A DNA stretch of 64,000 bases, from the NCBI RefSeq assembly GCF_009914755.1, contig NC_060929.1, one strand, 5' to 3'. Below, in pieces: positions 58,005 through 64,000 of the stretch. Made by a program: the position numbers and the translations under genes. Numbering within the stretch: the first letter of the stretch is position 1; every line of letters starts with the position of its first letter. The DNA is from the human T2T-CHM13v2.0 reference genome, Homo sapiens. Under the pieces are notes generated by a model. It did no database searches, had not been told where the DNA came from, and saw only the letters and a program-made list of their open reading frames with translations.

Positions 58005-59368
58005 TGTATTAGTCAGGGTTCGCTAAGGGGACAGAATGAATAGGATAGATGACTATATAAAGGGGAGTTTATTAGGAGGATTGACTCACACAATTATAAG
58101 GTGAAGTCCCACAAAAGGCCGTCTGCAGGCTGAGGAGCCAGGAAGCCAGTCTGAGTTCCAAAACCTCAAGAGTAGGGAAACTGATAGTGTAGCTTTCATT
58201 CTGTGGCTGAAGGCCCAAAAGCCCCTGACAAATCACTGATGTAAGTTCAAGATTCCAAAAGATGAAGAACTTGGAGTTTGATGTTTGAGGACAGGAAGCA
58301 TTCAGGATGGGAGAAAGATGGAGGCCAGAAGACTTAGCCAGTTTAGCCCTTCTGAGAGACAGGACATACTGAATTTCCTAGGCTGACTAAGAATTCCTAA
58401 CCCTAGCTGAGAAGGTGACTGCACCCACCTTCAAACATGGGGCTTGTAACTCAGCTCACACCCAACCAATCAGGTAGTAAAGAGGGCTCACTAAAATACA
58501 AATTAGGCTAAAAGCAGGAGGTAAAGAAATAGTCAAGTCATCTATCATCTGAGAGCACAGGGGGAGGGACAATGATTGGGATATAAACCCCAGGCATTGG
58601 AGCTGGGAGTGGGAAACCCTTCTGTGAGGCAACCCCCTTTGGGTCCCCTCCCATTGTATGGGAGCTCTGTTTTCACTCTATTAAATCTTGCAACTTCATA
58701 CTCTTCTGGTCCATGTTTGTTACGGCTCAAGCTGAGCTTTCACTCGCCGTCCACCACTGCTGTTTGCCACCATCACAGACCTGCCACTGACTTCCACCCC
58801 TCTGGATCTGGCAGTGTGTCCACTGTGTTTCCGATCCAGGAAGGCACCCATTGCTGCTTCTGTTCAGACTAGAGGCTCACCATTGTTCCTGCACTGCTAA
58901 GTGCTCGGGTTCGTCCTAAGCTAAACACTAGTCGTTGGGTTCCATGGTTCTCTTCCGTGACCCACAGCTTCTAATAGAACTATAACACTCACCGCATGGC
59001 CTAAGGTTCCATTCCTTGGAATCTGTGAGACCAAGAACCCCAGGTCAGAGAACAAAAGGCTTGCCGCCATCTTGGGAGCAGCTTACCTCATCATGGGAGC
59101 AGCCCACAACCATCTTGGGAGTGGCCCGCCACCATCTTGGGAGCTCTAAGAATAAAGATCCGCCCATAACACCTCCATGTTCTTCTGCCTGCTTTCACCC
59201 TAGGCACACTGGCAGCTGATTGGATGGTACCCACCCAGATTGAGGGTTGGTCTGCCTCTCCCAGTCCACTGACTTAGATGTTAATCTCCTTTGGCAACAG
59301 ACGCACCTAGGAACAATATTCTGCATCCTTCAATCCAATCAAGTTGACACTCAATATTAACTATCACA
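58005..59368 (-). mobile_element. MLT2A (MLT2A2-like, HERV-L) solo LTR split by LTR17
   Basis: tgtattagtcagggtt...gaagaacttggagt.tgatgtt...caatccaatcaagttgacactcaatattaactatcaca; 5-bp TSD tttcc/cttcc. Confidence 0.9.
58353..59171 (+). mobile_element. LTR17 (HERV-W) solo LTR
   Basis: tgagagacaggac...ccaatcaggtagtaaagag...gatataaacc...ctattaaatcttgcaac...ccataaca; TG...CA ends; 4-bp TSD cttc/cctc. Confidence 0.93.
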
Positions 59369-59760
59369 CTTCCTATTTTGCATGTTAGTATTAGACCATT
59401 TTCAGCCCATACTATTTTTCTGTAGCTATTTTTTATTTTCATTTTGTGAGAATGTAAAAACCAAAACAATAAAACAATTAGTTGTCTGAGGGAATGTTTT
59501 TATGACACACCATGCTGAGAGTTTATGTGATTTCTATTTTTTTCTTTTGATTCTCATAAAATACAGTATTGTAAGCAATCTTTGTAGAAGCTCTTTTACA
59601 ATGACTTGCTTTTGGTAAGTGTAATAATCCTATGTTAATAATTTTCTTTTTGTAGGTAACCTTCTTTTAGGGTACACCTGAAACATTAAAAACTAACACC
59701 TAAAATCTTACCATATATTCTATAAAATATCAAATATTTGTGGATATAAAATCTACATGC

Positions 59761-60064
59761 GGCCCGGCGCGGTGGCTCACACATGTAATCCTAGCACTTT
59801 GGGAGACCAAGGCAGGTGGATCGCCTGAGGTCAGGGGTTTGAGATTGGCCTGGTCAACATGGTGAAACCCTGTCTCTACTAAAAATGCGAAATTAGCCAG
59901 GCATGGTGGCAGGCGTCTATAATCCCACCTACTCAGGAGGCTGAGGCAGGAGAATCGCTTGAGCCTGAAGGGCAGAGTTTGCAGTGAGCCGAGATGGCAC
60001 CATTTCACTTCAGCCCGGGCAAAAGAGCGAGACTCCATCTCAAAAAAAAAAAAAAAAAAAAAAA
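59761..60064 (+). mobile_element. AluS (Sx/Sq-like)
   Basis: Full dimer, A tail, TSD aaa.ctacat. Confidence 0.93.
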
Positions 60065-61291
60065 CTACATATGGCTCATGCTGTGTATCTCATTAGCTGA
60101 GTGTTAGATGAATACTGAATTAAACACAAATGACTAATTTCCTGTGCAACTCAGGAAACAAGGTTATTTTATTATATTTAAACAGTGAAATCAACATTAT
60201 TCAAGAAAAAAGAATGAACATATGTTAAAAATGTACTGATAATCTCAGGTGATTGATCTTTCTGTGTATCACTTCCAATTTAGTAAACTCTAATATATTA
60301 ATAGGCCATAAATTATTTGTAAACACAATATTGTTCTGCTTTCTGAATCAAATTTGCTTACATTATGCAGAAATATTTGTTAATACAACAGCAGGATTAT
60401 TTTTACTATCCATGTACAATCATTAGACATTCACTCATTGTAACAATAACACATATGCATGTATACAGAGAGAGACAGAGAAATTTAGACTTTGCCTTAA
60501 TCTGAACTTAGTGCATCCCTTGTGCCTTTAGTTAACAAAACATCCATCCTGTGGGGCAGCAAGACTGCTAAATAGACATCTGCACAATGTTGGAATCCAG
60601 GCTTTACTCAGGATGGCTGCTCTGGGCACTACTTTCATCTAAGCAAATGCAATAACTTTAGGGAATAACAGTGAATTTTTTCCCTAAACAGTTATCACAA
60701 TGCCACTGAACATATTTTACCACCAATAACTGATCTAGAAAACCCATGTGTTCAATCTTGTTTGTGTATTCTTCCCATTCTTCCATGAGCTTTTTCATAT
60801 CTCTATGTTTGTTTTAAAAAAAAGAAAAAGGAAAAAAGAGCCAGTATGTCTCCAATGGCAGAACACAGCTGCCTCTTCCAAACAGAGAAAACAAATATCA
60901 GTGTATCTTTATTAGATTCACTAAGTTTGATTCCTTCATTTTACTGACGATTTTCATTCAGAGACTTTTATGTTCCACATTGGACTAATATGAGTATATC
61001 ATTGTTGTTTCTAAAGTGTTCACTAGTTGACAAATACATTTCCTGAGGAAATAAAACTTAATCTGAGGTCAAGATAGACTTTTCTGGGCATGAATAGATT
61101 TTCTACAATTTTATTCAAGGTCTACAGAAAAGATGATATTTGAACGCTCTGAGACAGTAATAAATTTTGCCTGTTTGAGCAACCAAGTTAAGGCTATGAA
61201 GCTGGAGTAATGAACAAGGAGATGGAGGTCAGCAAGCAACTGCCTAAAGAGTCAGATGTTGACATTTTTTGTAAGGATTTTGAATTATATA

Positions 61292-61849
61292 TTTTTTTCT
61301 TTTTTTAATTATACGTTAAGTTTTAGGGTACATGTGCACAACGTGCAGGTTTGTTACATATGTATACATGTGCCATGTTGGTGTGCTGCACCCATTAACT
61401 CGTCATTTAACATTAGGTATATCCCTGATGCTATCCCTCCCCTCTCCCCCCACCCCACAACAGGCCCCAGTGTGTGATGTTCCCCTTCCTGTGTCCATGT
61501 GTTCTCATTGTTCAATTCCCACCTATGAGAGAGAACATGCGGTGTTTGGTTTTTTGTCCTTGTGATAGTTTGCTGAAAATGATGGTTTCCAGCTTCATCC
61601 ATGTCCCTACAAAGGACATGAACTCATCATTTTTGTGGCTGCATAGTATTCCATGGTGTTTATGTGCCACATTTTCTTAATCCAGTCTATCATTGTCGGA
61701 CATTTGGGTTGGTTCCAAGTCTTCGCTATTGTGAATAGTGCCACAATAAACATGCGTGTGCATGTGTCTTTATAGCAGCATGATTTATAATCCTTTGGGT
61801 ATATACCCAGTAATGGGATGGCTGGGTCAAACGGTATTTCTAGTTCTAG
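61292..61849 (-). mobile_element. 5'-truncated L1PA3/4-like 3' end
   Basis: aagttttagggtacatgtgcacaacgtgcaggtttgttacatatgtatac...cccattaactcgtcatttaacattagg. Confidence 0.93.
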
Positions 61850-62450
61850 AGAATGCAAGGCCACTGAACAGTTCAAGTAGATTAGAGGCGAGACAAAATT
61901 TACATTGATAACCTTATCTACTACTGTGGGGAATCCTGACCATTTGGAGAAACTATTATCAGTAATTAGGATAAGGAACTGTGGATACTCAGGAACTGAA
62001 ATACTAATGGCTAGAGAGAAATGAATCAATGTGACAATATCAAGACAGTAGAAGATGGGTGGTGATTTTTCCTCGGCTAAGGGAGGATGACCACAGAAGA
62101 GGAGTTGATAATTCCTAGATGTCTAGCACAAGTATATTCTTCAGTTTCTAAGCTATGGAATAATGCAGATAAAGATTGACTTCAGCTTTTAGTGAGTGGA
62201 CTTTGATTCAATAAGCTTATGAAAAAAACTGATATCACAGAAACTCTATGAATTACAGCCTAAAACAATTGTAGGTACAGCAGGTGTTAATTACTTTATC
62301 ATTTATAAACTTTCTGACATTTGTTTCTTTCCTATCTATTCTTACTCTAGCATTCCTGCAAGCTACTGTAAATACTCTCTAGTAGATTATACAGGGAAAA
62401 AATGTATATTTATGTGCTAACTCCAGGAAGGAAAGTACATTACAGTTCTT

Positions 62451-62907
62451 TGTATAGCCTTGAACCAACCCAGTTGCCCCCACCTTCCTTTCCGTAGTTC
62501 CCACGGATGACTGTAGGATGTGCTGAGAATAAAACATCTTAAAATAAGGGGAAGCTGGCCAGACAGCCCAAGCTCTAGTTCAGGGATATCCTGTAGCAGA
62601 GAAGGGTGTCCTTGCCAGTGCTTTATCCCAGAGAGTTGTTACCTCAGGATATAAAACTCAGGGCAGGCTGCTTTTCCAGGTACCTCAGAATCAGTATAAG
62701 CAGGACAAACATAGATGAGATTACATCTATGCCAGGAAGCTTTCTTGACCCTTTGCGGAATAGCTTGGAAGGAATCCCAGACTTTTGTTGTCCCTCTCTA
62801 TTTATCTGTAAGTAATAAACCTGCCTCATGTAACTTGTGTGTTTGAGTCTTCTGTCTCGCCTGATTCAGACATGTTGGTAAGCAGAGCACAGTAAATCTG
62901 TTTCACA
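62451..62907 (+). mobile_element. Solo LTR, LTR47-like
   Basis: actgtaggatgtgctgagaataaaacatc; TATA gatataaaac ~62648; aataaa ~62814; ends gtttcaca. Confidence 0.65.
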
Positions 62908-63579
62908 GGAAGGGTTAAATTTCCATATGCGTAGTACTGAAAAATATCAAGTTGAAAAAAGTAAATGAATTAAAATTACTCTACTTCCAAATAGACAGTG
63001 GTTGCCAGAAAGGAGTAGTGTAAAAATGTCAGGCTTTCTAAGGGCTTAGGCCAGCCTACTTTCTATATGAAAGTCTTTAAAGCACTACTTTGAATCTTAG
63101 ACAATCTCATTTGAAACAAAACCTTCCAGAATATATGTATTTTACTGGGATTTTGGGATTATTATAAACTGGATTTTTAAAAGTTACTGTTAATAATTGA
63201 TAGTTAAGTTTTGTTGTTAAAACATTTCAAACATTAACAGTCACTAAAAAGGCTCTGAACAGCAGTTGGATCTTAATTCTTTGGGTAAGAATTAAGCTGG
63301 AATTTTTTATGCCATATTGATTAAATTAAAAGTTGCCTTAAAACTGAGATTATTTTAAAGGTGGCATAATACTAAGAGTTTGATAATTACATTTGTCTAA
63401 TTATTCTAAATTTTGGTTGAATAAAATTCTATTACTACATCCTTATTGCCACCCTCTTGTATTATTCTCTCCTCTGATATCATTTTTCTAAAATAGTTAT
63501 AATTGTTCTAAAATAGTTATAATTCCCTCATTGTTCTTTTATTACTCTGCAAATACTCCAATCCATTCTCTCCCTCTGG

Positions 63580-64000
63580 TATATATATATATATGTATAT
63601 ATGTGTGTGTATATATATGTATATGTATATGTGCATATATATGTATATGTATATATGTGTGTATATATATGTGTGTATATGTATATGTGTGTATATATGT
63701 ATATATGTATGTATATATGTATATATGTATATATGTATGTATGTATATGTATATATGTGTGTATATATCTGTATATGTATGCATATATGTATATATGTGT
63801 GTATATATGTATATACATCTATATATGCATATATATGTAGATGTATATATGTATGTATATGTATATGTGTATATGTATATGTGTGTATATATACATATAT
63901 ACACATATATATACATATATATGTATATATGTGTGTATATATACATATATACACATATATATACATATATATGTATATATGTGTGTATATATACATATAT
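63580..64000. repeat. (TA)/(TATG)-rich simple repeat running off the window end
   Basis: Directly visible. Confidence 0.97.

Noticed and set aside
63517-63996. His/Ile/Tyr/Thr-rich ORFs (also 2251-2633, 4302-4529, 21612-21963, 53578-53970)
   Set aside because: Translations of microsatellites

Overview
AT-rich, repeat-dense primate (human-like) genomic DNA, judged from AluY, L1PA, LTR17 and MER11. It looks like a gene desert or very large intron. I find no credible cellular CDS, RNA gene or CpG island; the longer ORFs derive from L1, Alu, ERV or microsatellite sequence. Contents: two near-full-length old L1s (L1PB-like ~12.0-18.5 kb, L1MA-like ~38.7-47.5 kb), several truncated or inverted L1PA copies, nine Alus, solo LTRs (MER11, LTR17, MLT2A, MST, MLT1, LTR47-like), two decayed ERVL proviruses, DNA-transposon fossils (Tigger3a, MER2, MADE1), MIRs and L2. 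I cannot support a new biological system here. The most unusual items are an ~80-bp local templated insertion inside an MLT1 LTR, an Alu plus inverted-L1 composite within one TSD, a four-level nested L2>ERVL>L1MA>Alu/MST structure, and regulatory-type LTRs (MER11; LTR17 inside MLT2A). Subfamily calls come from recalled consensus sequences, not alignments, and old-repeat boundaries are approximate.
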